64,000 nt of DNA, taken from an uncultured bacterium (GTDB taxonomy: Bacteria; CAYJRR01). Below the pieces are notes generated by a model, which did no database searches, was not told the DNA's origin, and worked only from the letters and a program-made list of their open reading frames with translations. Both the position numbers and the translations under genes were made by a program. Position 1 is the first letter of the stretch. Every line of letters begins with the position of its first letter. This document shows, piece after piece, positions 34,907 through 44,807 of the stretch. Location of the stretch: the NCBI GenBank assembly GCA_964372275.1, contig CAYJRR010000001.1:4962-68961 (forward strand). Direction: 5' to 3'.

Positions 34907-37355
34907 CCTGCTCCATCCAGCGGAACGCTTCGCCGAAATAGAGGCGCACGGCGGCGTTCTTGGCGGGCGTGCGGACGCTCGGGTGGTAGTAGCGTTCGGG
35001 CCCGTCCGGGAAGAGCCAGCGCATCGACCGCTCCGCCGCCTCGCGGTATCGCGGATCGCCGGTGAGGCGCCATCCCCAGACGAACGGGTCGGCCAACGCC
35101 TGCGACATCGACGCTTCGCGCGCGTCGGCGGTGCCGTCCGGCCGGACCACGAACGCCACCGTCTCCGGATAGCGGCGGCCGTGGATCGTCGTCGGCTCCC
35201 GGATCCACGCCGGCCCGGCGAGGTGGTCGAGCATCGCCACCAGCGCCGCCTCCCCGTCGGGCCAGCGCTCGCCGCGGCGGCGGAGGACGACGAGCAGGCG
35301 GCCGAGGCCGTCGGCGACGTAGGCTTGCTGCCAGGGGGCGAAGCCGTCGCGGCGGCGAAGCCAGCGGCTGCCCGCGAGCGAGCCGCGTGGATCGACGGCG
35401 GGCAGCACGTGGGTGGAGACGATCCGCCGCGCGAGGGCGAGCGTCTCCGGGTCGCCGGTCACCTCGTAGAGATCGACGAGCGCCACGAGCGGCCATCCGA
35501 CCTCGCGCACCTCGTCGGCGTGGAGGAGGCGGCCGCTGCCGGGCGGAGATTCGCGCGCGGCGATCCAGCGGCCGATCTCGCCCACCGCCACCTCACGCGC
35601 GCGGTCGTCGCCGGTGACCAGGTGGAGGGCGAGCAGGCCGCGCACCCACACGTGCGAGAGCTCCGGCTGGCGCGAATGGCCGACCACGTCGCCGGCGTCG
35701 TGCTTTCGGACGCCGCGGTTCGACGCCGGCTGGTCGTCGTCGGTGTGGAGGACGTCGACGTCGCTCAGGTGCCGGAGCGCCGCCTCGGCGGCGTCGAGCC
35801 AGGCCCGGTCGTGGTCGGGCTCGCGCAGGTACTGGCGGAGGAGGACCCAGCCGAGGTCGAATTCGAGGTTTCCGAAGCGGCGGTGCGCGCGATCGCCGTC
35901 GCGCCAGGTATCGCCGAAGTCGAGCCAGCCGTAGGCCCCCTCGGCGGCGCGCTCGTCGTCGAGCGTCCCGGGGAGCCCGCGCGCGGAGTCGACGCCGACG
36001 ACCGCGTCGGCGGTCCGCTCGAACGACGGCCATGCCCGCTCGTCCTCGACCGACAGCGCGCCGAGCGCCCCGGCGTCGCGCAGCCACGCCGGATCGACCG
36101 TCGCGCGCAGCGGGGCGTTCGCGGCCCGCGCCGCCTCGGCGCCGCGATCGGCGGCAGAACCCTCGCCGGCGACGTGGATCCAGACGTCGTGGGTCTTCGC
36201 CCGCCCCCCTCCGACGATCGTGCCGCCCGGAAGGGCCGGGAAGAGCTCCAGCGCCAGCGCATCGCGCGAGGAGGCGAGCCCCTTCGGATGGTTCTCCCAG
36301 AAGCGGCGCATCCCGAGCACGACGAACCGCCGCCCGTCGCCGCGCGCGATCCACCCCTCCGCGCGCCGCCCGCGCGCGGCGATCGACGGCCGCGGCCCCT
36401 CCGCGCGCACCGTGAACCCGCCGGCGGCGAGACCGTCGCCCGTCTGCACCAGGCGCCACGTGGCGGCGTCCGCGTCGCGCGAACCCGGGACGCCGCCGAA
36501 CGTCACCGTCCCGCCGCCGTTCCACGCCGATCCGTCCGGAACGAGCTCGAGGGCGAGCCTCCCGAGCCGCTTGGCGGCGCGCGCCCGGTCGGGGTTCTCG
36601 ACCGTCACCTGGAGCCGGATCTCGGGGGAGTTCCGGTGGAACGTCCAGCGCGACGTCACGAGCAACGGGTGGCGGCCCCCCATCTCGTCGAAGCCGCCGG
36701 CGATCTCGGCGCGCACGCGCACCCGGGCGCGGATCGGGCCGTTCTCGTCGAGGACGATCTCGCGCACCGCCGTCGACCCGGACGCGCCGCCGGGACCGGT
36801 GGCGACGATCCGCATCGGCCCCGGCGCCTCGACCGAGAATCGCGCCTCGACGCGGCCCGCCGACACGACGATCGTCCCCCCCTCCGATCGCGCAAGGGGC
36901 AGGAAGGGCGCCTCGGCGACGGCCACGTCCGCGCCTCCGGCCACGGCGATCCCGAACGCCCCGGCGCGACCGCGGGGTGCGGCCTCGTCCCGTGGGAAGA
37001 GGCGCAGGCGTCGCGTTCCGCCCCCCGCCACGCTGGCGAGGAACGCCGCCTCGATCCACTTGAGCGGCGCGGAGGGGTCGCCGGCCGGCGCGTCCCACCG
37101 GCTCGACACCCGGTACTGCGCCGCCACCTCCTCGCCGCGCTCGTCCACCAGCCGGAGCCGCGCCGGATCGAGTACCGCCGCCTCCGCGGGGAACGGGATG
37201 CCGGCCGCGACCGGCTCCGAGAGGCGCCCGACGCCGGCGTCCTCGTGCACGGTGATCGCAATCCCCTCCACCGGAAACGCGGCCGCCGTGCCGCGCAACG
37301 GGGCGGTGGTTACAGCGCCGAGGACGAGCGCGAATGCTACGCAAGGTCGCCGCAT
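34839..37355 (-). CDS. large secreted protein (838 aa): beta-rich N-terminal half plus (alpha/alpha)-toroid-like C-terminal half, candidate polysaccharide lyase/hydrolase of the EPS locus
   Basis: Signal peptide MRRPCVAFALVLGAVTTAPLRGTAAA. Non-spurious composition throughout. It is divergent from the Wzx flippase gene. The family is not identified. Confidence 0.55.
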   Translation of the reverse strand: MRRPCVAFALVLGAVTTAPLRGTAAAFPVEGIAITVHEDAGVGRLSEPVAAGIPFPAEAAVLDPARLRLVDERGEEVAAQYRVSSRWDAPAGDPSAPLKWIEAAFLASVAGGGTRRLRLFPRDEAAPRGRAGAFGIAVAGGADVAVAEAPFLPLARSEGGTIVVSAGRVEARFSVEAPGPMRIVATGPGGASGSTAVREIVLDENGPIRARVRVRAEIAGGFDEMGGRHPLLVTSRWTFHRNSPEIRLQVTVENPDRARAAKRLGRLALELVPDGSAWNGGGTVTFGGVPGSRDADAATWRLVQTGDGLAAGGFTVRAEGPRPSIAARGRRAEGWIARGDGRRFVVLGMRRFWENHPKGLASSRDALALELFPALPGGTIVGGGRAKTHDVWIHVAGEGSAADRGAEAARAANAPLRATVDPAWLRDAGALGALSVEDERAWPSFERTADAVVGVDSARGLPGTLDDERAAEGAYGWLDFGDTWRDGDRAHRRFGNLEFDLGWVLLRQYLREPDHDRAWLDAAEAALRHLSDVDVLHTDDDQPASNRGVRKHDAGDVVGHSRQPELSHVWVRGLLALHLVTGDDRAREVAVGEIGRWIAARESPPGSGRLLHADEVREVGWPLVALVDLYEVTGDPETLALARRIVSTHVLPAVDPRGSLAGSRWLRRRDGFAPWQQAYVADGLGRLLVVLRRRGERWPDGEAALVAMLDHLAGPAWIREPTTIHGRRYPETVAFVVRPDGTADAREASMSQALADPFVWGWRLTGDPRYREAAERSMRWLFPDGPERYYHPSVRTPAKNAAVRLYFGEAFRWMEQVSRRAARPPSGTGDAAAGSGGT

Positions 37356-38806
37356 ACTCCGCCTCCGTCTACGCCGCGACCGTCGTCTCCTCGGGCGTCG
37401 CGTTCGTCGCCACGCTTTTCGTCGCGCGGCGGATCCCGAAGGATGCGCTTGGGCTCTACGGGCTGTACGTCACCGTCTACTCCTTCCTCTCCGTGCTCAC
37501 GATCGCCGGGGTGAACCAGGCGGTGGTGAAGTTTCTCGGCGACGCCAAGACCGACCGCCGGGAGATGGCAGCCATCGTGCTCGCGCTGGTGGCGGCGATC
37601 GCCGCCGTCGCCTGGACGCTCGCCGCCGCCGCCGCCCTCGCCGGCGCGCGGATCCTGCCGTGGTCGTTCGCCGCCTTCCCGTTCGCCGCGCAGCAGGTGC
37701 TGGTCGGGAGCCTCTTCCGCGCCGATTTCGCGCGCGGCCGGGAGATGGCCCTGACCCTCTCGATCTCGCTGCTCAACTCCGCGCTCACCGTCCTGTTCGT
37801 CGTCGCGGGGGTCGACGGTCTGCCGCCGCCGATCGCCGGCGATCTGCTTTCGCTCGTCCTTCCCGGCGGCGTGGTCGCGATCTTCCTGGCGCGGCGCGGA
37901 GGGGTCGCCGCTCCGCGCGAGCTGGTCGCGGCGCTGCGCGGCGGCGTCTGCCGGCGGCTGCTCGCCTTCGCCGTTCCGCTGTCGATCGCCGGCGTGGCGT
38001 TCACCACCTACCACCACGCCTCGGCGATCCTGCTCCGCCTCTTCGCCGGCCTGGCCGCCCTGGGGGAGCTGACCTTCGCGCTCGGCCTGATGCAGATCCT
38101 GGAAAAGCCGCTGCAGATCGTGGCCCGCGTCTTCCTCGCCTCCCTGGCCCAGGAGCCGTTCCTCACGGCGCGCGAGCACCGGAAGCTGGTGTCGTTCAAC
38201 GTCACCCTCTTCCCCCTGCTGGCGGCGTCGGTGGCCGCCTTCGCGCCGCACCTCCTGGCGCTCGCCGACCGGATCCTCGGATTCGCCGGCGGGGACGCCC
38301 TCTCCCGGAAGTACGAAAGCGCCGCCCTGTTCCTCGCGCTGTTCGCCGCCGCCGTGCCGCTGCGGAGCGTGGAGCTGCTCGTCTCGGGGTTGGCGATCGC
38401 TCGCGGCCGCGGCGACGTGCACCGCGACACGCACGTGACCGCCGCCTGCCTCTCCTTGCCGCTCCTCGCCGTCTCGATCGCCCTGTTCGGCGCGGTCGGC
38501 GCGGCGGCGATGCCGCTCGTCTACCAGGCGATCTTCTTCGCCACCCTCCGGCGTCGGTTCCGGGCGAGCGCCCCCGAGATCGTTTCGAACGCCACCCGGG
38601 CCGCGGTCGGCGCGACGTTCCTGATCGCGGGGTTGTTGGCGAGCGGTCGTCTCCCGGGCGGCGCGTGGATCTTCCCGGTCGGCGCCGCGGCCTACGTCGC
38701 CGCCGGTCCTCTGCTCGGACTTTGGAACCTCGGAGGCTGGTGGACGCGCAACCCGCCGGCGGATCGACCGGTCCGCTCGACCTCCGCGGCTCCGCCGGCG
38801 CCGTGA
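37334..38806 (+). CDS. MOP-superfamily polysaccharide flippase (Wzx-like)
   Basis: 490 aa with about 12-14 TM helices and the typical polysaccharide-biosynthesis-protein N-terminus (VAFVATLFVARRIPKDALGLYGLYVTVYSFLSVL). Confidence 0.7.
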   Translation: MLRKVAAYSASVYAATVVSSGVAFVATLFVARRIPKDALGLYGLYVTVYSFLSVLTIAGVNQAVVKFLGDAKTDRREMAAIVLALVAAIAAVAWTLAAAAALAGARILPWSFAAFPFAAQQVLVGSLFRADFARGREMALTLSISLLNSALTVLFVVAGVDGLPPPIAGDLLSLVLPGGVVAIFLARRGGVAAPRELVAALRGGVCRRLLAFAVPLSIAGVAFTTYHHASAILLRLFAGLAALGELTFALGLMQILEKPLQIVARVFLASLAQEPFLTAREHRKLVSFNVTLFPLLAASVAAFAPHLLALADRILGFAGGDALSRKYESAALFLALFAAAVPLRSVELLVSGLAIARGRGDVHRDTHVTAACLSLPLLAVSIALFGAVGAAAMPLVYQAIFFATLRRRFRASAPEIVSNATRAAVGATFLIAGLLASGRLPGGAWIFPVGAAAYVAAGPLLGLWNLGGWWTRNPPADRPVRSTSAAPPAP

Positions 38807-39961
38807 CTAGGAGGGGTCCGGGGAGATCCCGGGGAAGCCCGACGGCCGGAACGCTCCGACGAACCGGCGCCAGATCGAGGGGGGCGGAGCGAGCGGGCGC
38901 GTCGCCCGCGCCGTCGCCGACCACTGGGTGGCGTCGAGGACCACGCAGGTCAGGGAAGGCCGGGCGAGGCGCGCCCGGCTCGGCTCGCCGCGCGGCGCGT
39001 CCGGTGTCTCCACCGGCGGCGGCGGAACGGCGGGCGGGCGCGCCGCGCGCGCGAGGAGGCGCAGCTGCGACCGTCCCTCTTCCGCGGGGGCAGGAGGGAG
39101 CGCGGCGTCGATCGCCTCGACGACGTCGGTCGCGCGCGGAAAGCGCATCTCGGGCGACGACTGGAGCAGACCGGCCAGCACGCGCCGGGCACCCGCCGGC
39201 AGCTGCGCCAGCACGAACGGGTCGACCTGGCGGAACTGCGCGATCTCCGCACAGAGCGCCTCGGCCGAGCCGCGGCCGAACAGCGGCTCCCCGACCAGGA
39301 GCTCGTAGAGGACGACCCCCAGGGAGAACAGGTCGCTCCGCGCGTCCGCCGCGCGACGGCCGACCTGCTCGGGGCTCATGAACGGGAGCTTCCCGCGGGC
39401 CTCGTCGTCGCCGGCGCCGCCGATCCCTCCGGCCACGCGGGCGATCCCGAAGTCGGCGAGCTTCACCTCGCCGTCGTGCGACAGGAGCACGTTCTGCGGC
39501 GTGACGTCGCGGTGGATCACCGCCTCCCGCGCCGGATCGCCGTCGGCGTGCGCGTGGGCCAGGGCGCGGGCCACCTCGCGCGCCACGAAGAGCGACGCCT
39601 CGAGCGAGAGCTTCTCGCCCCGGCGCCCGATCGACCGCGCCAGCGATGCCAGCGTCGTCCCCTCGACGTACTCCATCGCCAGGTAGTAGTCGCCGGCGTC
39701 TCCGGCGCCGAAGTCGTAGACCTGCACGATGTTGGAGTGCACCAGCGACGCGGCGATCCGCGCCTCCTCCACGAACATCCGCACCAGCGAAGGCTGCGCG
39801 GCGAGCGACGGCAGCATCCGCTTGAGCGCGACCCGGCGCTCGAAGCGCTCCGCGCCGACGAGCTGCGCCAGCCACACCTCGGCCATCCCCCCACGGCCGA
39901 TCGGCCGCACCAGCCGGTAGCGACCGACCGCCGTGGAGCGCGAAGGCGCGGATCGATTCAC
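38807..39961 (-). CDS. Ser/Thr protein kinase (Hanks type)
   Basis: GTG start. GRYRLVRPIGRGGMAEVW (Gly loop), VALKRM (Lys), HRDVTPQNVLL, KLADFGIA, SPEQ. The start overlaps the upstream stop (GTGA). Confidence 0.85.
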   Translation of the reverse strand: MNRSAPSRSTAVGRYRLVRPIGRGGMAEVWLAQLVGAERFERRVALKRMLPSLAAQPSLVRMFVEEARIAASLVHSNIVQVYDFGAGDAGDYYLAMEYVEGTTLASLARSIGRRGEKLSLEASLFVAREVARALAHAHADGDPAREAVIHRDVTPQNVLLSHDGEVKLADFGIARVAGGIGGAGDDEARGKLPFMSPEQVGRRAADARSDLFSLGVVLYELLVGEPLFGRGSAEALCAEIAQFRQVDPFVLAQLPAGARRVLAGLLQSSPEMRFPRATDVVEAIDAALPPAPAEEGRSQLRLLARAARPPAVPPPPVETPDAPRGEPSRARLARPSLTCVVLDATQWSATARATRPLAPPPSIWRRFVGAFRPSGFPGISPDPS

Positions 39962-41055
39962 GACGCCGCCTCCAGCGTCGACTCGCGCCACGATCGGAAT
40001 CCGGCGTGGCGGATCCCGCGGGCGACCCGATCGCGCAGCCGGCCACGAGCCTCGTCCGAGAGGTCGCGGAGCGCCAGCCCCACGCGCCACGATCGCTCCG
40101 CCGCCGGCGCCGTCCAGACCACCGAGGCGGCCGCGACCAGGCGGCCCCCGCCGTCCGCCAGGTCGACCTCCACCGCCGCCGGGGAGCCGACCGCCACGCG
40201 CGCCCGGAGAACGACCCCGACCCCCCCTTCGCTCACGTCGACGGCGTCGCCGTAGATCGAGGCGGCACCGAGATGGAGCCCCAGCTCCGTCCGGATCGGG
40301 ACCCGGACGTGGTGTCGCCGGGCGCGGTCGAGGCGCTCCTCGATCTCCGACCGGTGCTCGAGCACCGGAACGTCGGCGCGCGAGAGCAGTGCGATCGTCT
40401 CGTGGTCGGCGTCGGATCGAGGGGCCGCAAGCGCGAAGTCGGGGACCGGGCCGTTCCGGAGGAGCGACGAGGCGGCGCTCCGGTCGACCGTCCGGACGAC
40501 CGCCCTCCCGGCCGTGTCGACCTCCCGGAGGACGGCGGTCGCCTCGTCCGCCCTTCCGACCGCGACCACGAGCGCCGGATGCGGGTCGGCCGCCGTCGCG
40601 GCGTCCGCGCGAACCGCTCCCTGCGGGGCGCGCGCCGGTCCGTCGAACGCGAGGCCCGCGAGGAGCTCGCTCACCGTCGCCCGCAGCCGGCGTTCGGTGA
40701 ACGGCTTGTGCAGGATCGCGTGGATCCCCATCGCCGCGCGCAGCGGCCCCCTCAGGCGCGCCGCGCCGTAGAGCCCGGTGCACAGGACGATCGGCGGCGC
40801 GTCCGGCAGGTCGATCTCGCGCAGTCGCCGGGCGACGTCGAGACCGCCGATCCCCGCGAGGACGGCGTCGAGGATCGCCAGGTCGAAACGATCGGTCAGG
40901 ATCGCGTCGAGCGCGGCGGTACCGCTGTCGACCGCGACGACCCGGTGGTCGCGTGCCAACGCGCGCGCGAGGTGCTCGCGAACCTCGCGCGCGTCGTCGG
41001 CGATCAGAATCGAGCCCACACCGGCCTCTGGAGCAGGCGTTGTACCAGGGCGCAC
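39958..41055 (-). CDS. response-regulator receiver domain fused to a PilZ (c-di-GMP-binding) domain
   Basis: REC reads ILIADDAREVREHL...FDLAILD...PIVLCTG. PilZ reads RARRHHVRV (RxxxR) and DVSEGGVG (DxSxGG). Confidence 0.75.
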   Translation of the reverse strand: MRPGTTPAPEAGVGSILIADDAREVREHLARALARDHRVVAVDSGTAALDAILTDRFDLAILDAVLAGIGGLDVARRLREIDLPDAPPIVLCTGLYGAARLRGPLRAAMGIHAILHKPFTERRLRATVSELLAGLAFDGPARAPQGAVRADAATAADPHPALVVAVGRADEATAVLREVDTAGRAVVRTVDRSAASSLLRNGPVPDFALAAPRSDADHETIALLSRADVPVLEHRSEIEERLDRARRHHVRVPIRTELGLHLGAASIYGDAVDVSEGGVGVVLRARVAVGSPAAVEVDLADGGGRLVAAASVVWTAPAAERSWRVGLALRDLSDEARGRLRDRVARGIRHAGFRSWRESTLEAAS

Positions 41056-41167
41056 AAGGCGCGCGACGGCCCGGTCCCTCGAAAATCCGCCGACTTTTCA
41101 CACGATCGGACGCCGCGCCGGGAACGATTTCCCGGACCGGTGACGACTTTCGTCGCTGGAACGGACG

Positions 41168-42448
41168 CTATTCGGCCCCGGCGGCGTGGGCCCGGGCGCC
41201 CAGACCGAAGACCGTCAGCGGCTCGGCCCGCCCCTTGACGGCCGAGGTCCCGAGCTCGACCAGGCCGGAGAGCGCGCCCAGCCGTTCGACCGTGGCCGCC
41301 GAAACCAGGACCGGGACACCGCGTTCTTTCGTCAGCGATTCCAGTCGCGACGCGATGTTCACGGCGTCGCCGATCACCGTGAACTCCAGCCGCCGTCCCG
41401 GCACGCCGAGGTTCCCGGCGACCACCGTCCCGGTGTGGATCCCGATCCCCATCGCCAGCGGCCCCCGCCCGGCCGCGGCGCGCTCCCGGTTGAGTCGCTC
41501 CAGCCGCCCGAGCATCGCCGCGGCGCATTCGACGGCCGACCGCGCCCCCGCATCGCCGATCAGGTCGTGCAGGCCGAAAACGACCAGCGCCCCATCGCCG
41601 ATGAACTTGTCGAGCATCCCGCCGTGGTGGTCGATCTCGGCGTGCATCGCCGCGTGGTAGGCGTTGAGCTGCTCGATCACCTCCGGCGGCGTGAGCCGCT
41701 CGCTCATGGCGGTGAAGCCGCGCAGGTCGGTCGCCATCAGCGTCACCGTCCGCTGCGATCCGCCGAGGTCCATCACCCGCTCGAGGTCCTGCTCCATCAC
41801 CCGGTCGACGGCCTCCGACGGAAGGAACCGCCGCAAGAGCTGGAGCCGCACCAACCGGTCGAGGCGCTGCCTGGACTCGCGGGCCGTCAGCCGGCCGACC
41901 ACCGCCGTCAGGACGATCAACGTCGCCACCACCACCTGCGGCGGCTCGAACGAACGCATGACGATCATCACCCACAGGAAGGCGCTCGCGCCGACGACCG
42001 CGCCGAACGCCGCCATTCGCGCGTCGTTGCGGGCGACGGTGGTGAGCAGGACGAGCAGGATCCCCGGCGCCGTGGTGTGCACCGCCCAGAGCAGCGAGTC
42101 GTCCCGCTCTCCGGGAGGCGAGAGCTGCCCGAACACCCAGCAGCTGGCGGCGACCACGACCAGGTCGATCGCCAGCGCCGCGTAGCTCAACGTAACCGCC
42201 GCGCCGTGGCGCCGGACGTGGGCGCGAACGCCGGCCGCGTACAGGAAGATCGCCCCGAAATAGATCGTCGGGAGCCAGTTCCCGTCCGCGAAGACGACCT
42301 GCATCACGACGGTCTGCACGACGACCGCCGCGAAGATCCAGAAGCGCCCCTCGGCGACGATCCGCTCGATCCGGTCCCGGGAGTCGCGCAGCGTCTGGTC
42401 GATCAGGGGATCCGGCGCCGCCACGAGGGGATCGAGGATACCTCGCAC
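41168..42448 (-). CDS. membrane-anchored class III adenylate/guanylate cyclase
   Basis: Six TM helices, then a CHD domain: VTLMATDLRGFTAMSE, KFIGDGALVVFG, GIHTGTVVAGNLG. Confidence 0.8.
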   Translation of the reverse strand: MRGILDPLVAAPDPLIDQTLRDSRDRIERIVAEGRFWIFAAVVVQTVVMQVVFADGNWLPTIYFGAIFLYAAGVRAHVRRHGAAVTLSYAALAIDLVVVAASCWVFGQLSPPGERDDSLLWAVHTTAPGILLVLLTTVARNDARMAAFGAVVGASAFLWVMIVMRSFEPPQVVVATLIVLTAVVGRLTARESRQRLDRLVRLQLLRRFLPSEAVDRVMEQDLERVMDLGGSQRTVTLMATDLRGFTAMSERLTPPEVIEQLNAYHAAMHAEIDHHGGMLDKFIGDGALVVFGLHDLIGDAGARSAVECAAAMLGRLERLNRERAAAGRGPLAMGIGIHTGTVVAGNLGVPGRRLEFTVIGDAVNIASRLESLTKERGVPVLVSAATVERLGALSGLVELGTSAVKGRAEPLTVFGLGARAHAAGAE

Positions 42449-43593
42449 CGCGCCAGGTGATCGAGCGATCGGGACGCGTTCCGGTCCCAGAAGTGTCCCT
42501 GCCGTTCGATCGTGCGGCGCGCCTCGGCGCCAAGCCGCTCACGGAGCGGCCGATCGAGCACGAGGCGCGTCACGCGATCCATCATTCCGTCCGCGTCCCC
42601 TTCGTCGAACAGGAGGGCGTCGACGCCGTCGGTCAGTGTCTCGCGGATCGCCGGCGTCGCGACGGCGACGATCGCCGTTCCCAGCGCCATGTATTCGAAG
42701 AGCTTCATCGGGCTGGCGTACGGTGTCGCCGCCGGCTGGAGCGCGATGTCGAAAGCGGCGATGTGAGCGGCGATCGCCTCTCGGTCGACCCGGCCTGCGA
42801 ACCGCACCGCCCGCTCGAGGCCGCGGCGTGCGACCACCTCCCGGAGCGCCGGCAGGCTCCTCCCCTCGCCGACCAGCAGCACCGTCGCGCCGTGCCGCTC
42901 GAGGCCGGCGTCGGCGAACCCTTCGAGAAGACGTTCGAGTCCGTGCCACGGACGGAACCAGCCGGTGAAGCCGACGACCACCGCGTCGGCCGGGATCCCC
43001 AGGCGGCGCCGCGCCGGCGCGCCGTCCCGCGGCGCGGCGAGCATCTCCCGGCGGACGGCGTTCGGCACCACCCGCACCCGGTCCGCGGCTACGCCCGCGG
43101 CCACGATCCGATCGCGCAGCGGCGTCGAGACGGCGACGATCGCCGTCGACGCCCGCCAGATCCGCGCCTCGACGCCGGCCGCGATCCGCGGGAAGGTGAG
43201 CCCTCCGTTGGCCGCGCGCTCTTCGGCGAGGGGGGCGTTCACCTCCAGCAGAAGTGGCACCCCCGTCGCCGCCGCGGCGACCGCGCCCGCGGCGTTGTGG
43301 AGCGAATAGCGCTCGTAGATCGCGTCCGGACGGAACGCCCGGATCTCGGCCAGGAGGCGCGCCGACTCCGGGAGGTTCGACGCGATCTCCATCCACTCGT
43401 AGAGGCCACGCGGAGCGGCCGCCGCGACTCGCGACAGGAGCCTCGCGCCGCTGGACGGTCCGTCCCCGCCGCGCGGCACGATCGCCGATTCCCGGACCTC
43501 GTGTCCGAGGTCTCGCAGCGCCCGCTGGATCTCCTCGATGTGGATCCCCTGCGCGTCCTCCGCGCGCGTGCGGTGGTGGTAGAGGATCCTCAC
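42403..43593 (-). CDS. glycosyltransferase family 4
   Basis: GT4/GT-B fold with an EX7E-like C-terminal half (GEGRSLPALREVV...ASPMKLFEYMALG). Confidence 0.75.
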   Translation of the reverse strand: MRILYHHRTRAEDAQGIHIEEIQRALRDLGHEVRESAIVPRGGDGPSSGARLLSRVAAAAPRGLYEWMEIASNLPESARLLAEIRAFRPDAIYERYSLHNAAGAVAAAATGVPLLLEVNAPLAEERAANGGLTFPRIAAGVEARIWRASTAIVAVSTPLRDRIVAAGVAADRVRVVPNAVRREMLAAPRDGAPARRRLGIPADAVVVGFTGWFRPWHGLERLLEGFADAGLERHGATVLLVGEGRSLPALREVVARRGLERAVRFAGRVDREAIAAHIAAFDIALQPAATPYASPMKLFEYMALGTAIVAVATPAIRETLTDGVDALLFDEGDADGMMDRVTRLVLDRPLRERLGAEARRTIERQGHFWDRNASRSLDHLARCEVSSIPSWRRRIP

Positions 43594-44807
43594 GGCGACG
43601 TCGTCCCCTCGGCGGCGAACCGGCCCATCGCCTCCCGGAAGACCTCGTCGACGCGCGACGCGACCGATTCCCAGGAGCGCGACGCGGCGCGGGCCCGGAT
43701 CCGCGCGCGGTCGAAGCGATCGCGCGCGGCCAGCGCCTCGGCCAGACCCGTCGCCAGCCCCTCCGCGTCCTCCGGCGGGACGACGCGGCCGTCACCGCCG
43801 CCGACCAGCTCCGACACCGAGCCGACGTCGGTGGCGACCGACGGCAGCCCGCAGCTGAGCGCCTCGAGCAGGGCGTTGGGATCCCCTTCGCTGCGGGAGG
43901 GCAGGCAGAACAGGTCGGCGGCCGAGTACCACGCCGGAAGCGAGGCGTGCGCGATGCGCCCCACGAACGACACCCGTCCGGCGATCCCCCGCTCGGCGGC
44001 GAGGCCGGCGAGCGCCGGCGCCCGCGAGCCTTCGCCCACGATCGCCAGACGCGCGCGCAGCCCCGTTCGCGCGATCCGGGCGAAGGCGTCGAGCAGGAGG
44101 TCGTGACCCTTCACCGGTTCCAGCCGGCCGACCGACAACACCAGTGCCTCGCCGGGCCGGCAGCCCGCCACGGCGCGGATGCGCTCCCGTTCCGCCGGCC
44201 TGGGGGAGAACAGCCTTCCGTCGACCCCGTTGGCGATGACGGCGATGCGCGCCGCTGCGCCGCCCAGCGCCTCGAGCGCCGCCGCGACGCGGCGGCTGAC
44301 GGCGATCAGCATCGTGGCCCGCGCCACGCAGGCCTCGACCATCCGGCGCGTCGTCCCCCGCGCGGGGGCCACGAGCGCGTCGCTGCCGCGCGCCGAAAGC
44401 ACCACCGGGAGCCCGATCCGCCTCCCGAACGCCATCGCGGCGGCGCCGTCGGGGTGGAGGAAGTGCGCGTCGATCACGTCGATGCGGCGGGCGGCGTGGT
44501 ACCGCCGAACCGACGGAAACGAGCCCCACGACAGGCCGGCCGCATGCATCGCGCCCCCCGCCTTGGGGAGGAGCGGGTATCGCGGATGCGCGACCGCGAT
44601 CCCGTACCGGCGTTCGACCGGCGGAACGGCCCGGTAGACGCGGTAGCGGCGCGGTACCGGGACGGGGGGGACGAACGGCACCGGAGCCACCACCCGCAGC
44701 GAATGTCCGGGGAGGGCGGCGACGCGTCGCATCCGTTCCTCGACGAACACCCCGTGTTCCGGCTGGGCACGGTTCGGATAGAGCCGGGTGAAGGTCACGA
44801 CGTTCAT
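43590..44807 (-). CDS. glycosyltransferase family 4
   Basis: MNVVTFTRLYPNRAQPEHGVFVEER... LFCLPSRSEGDPNALLEALSCGLP. The ATG is at 44807. Confidence 0.75.
   Translation of the reverse strand: MNVVTFTRLYPNRAQPEHGVFVEERMRRVAALPGHSLRVVAPVPFVPPVPVPRRYRVYRAVPPVERRYGIAVAHPRYPLLPKAGGAMHAAGLSWGSFPSVRRYHAARRIDVIDAHFLHPDGAAAMAFGRRIGLPVVLSARGSDALVAPARGTTRRMVEACVARATMLIAVSRRVAAALEALGGAAARIAVIANGVDGRLFSPRPAERERIRAVAGCRPGEALVLSVGRLEPVKGHDLLLDAFARIARTGLRARLAIVGEGSRAPALAGLAAERGIAGRVSFVGRIAHASLPAWYSAADLFCLPSRSEGDPNALLEALSCGLPSVATDVGSVSELVGGGDGRVVPPEDAEGLATGLAEALAARDRFDRARIRARAASRSWESVASRVDEVFREAMGRFAAEGTTSP

Noticed and set aside
35593-39381. Long Arg/Pro-rich ORFs on both strands (35593..37344 minus, 36220..39381 plus, 38202..40046 minus, 38807..41101 upstream part)
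   Set aside because: They are low-complexity R/P/G text overlapping genes with strong motif support (secreted 838-aa protein, Wzx, kinase, REC-PilZ). They are spurious frames.
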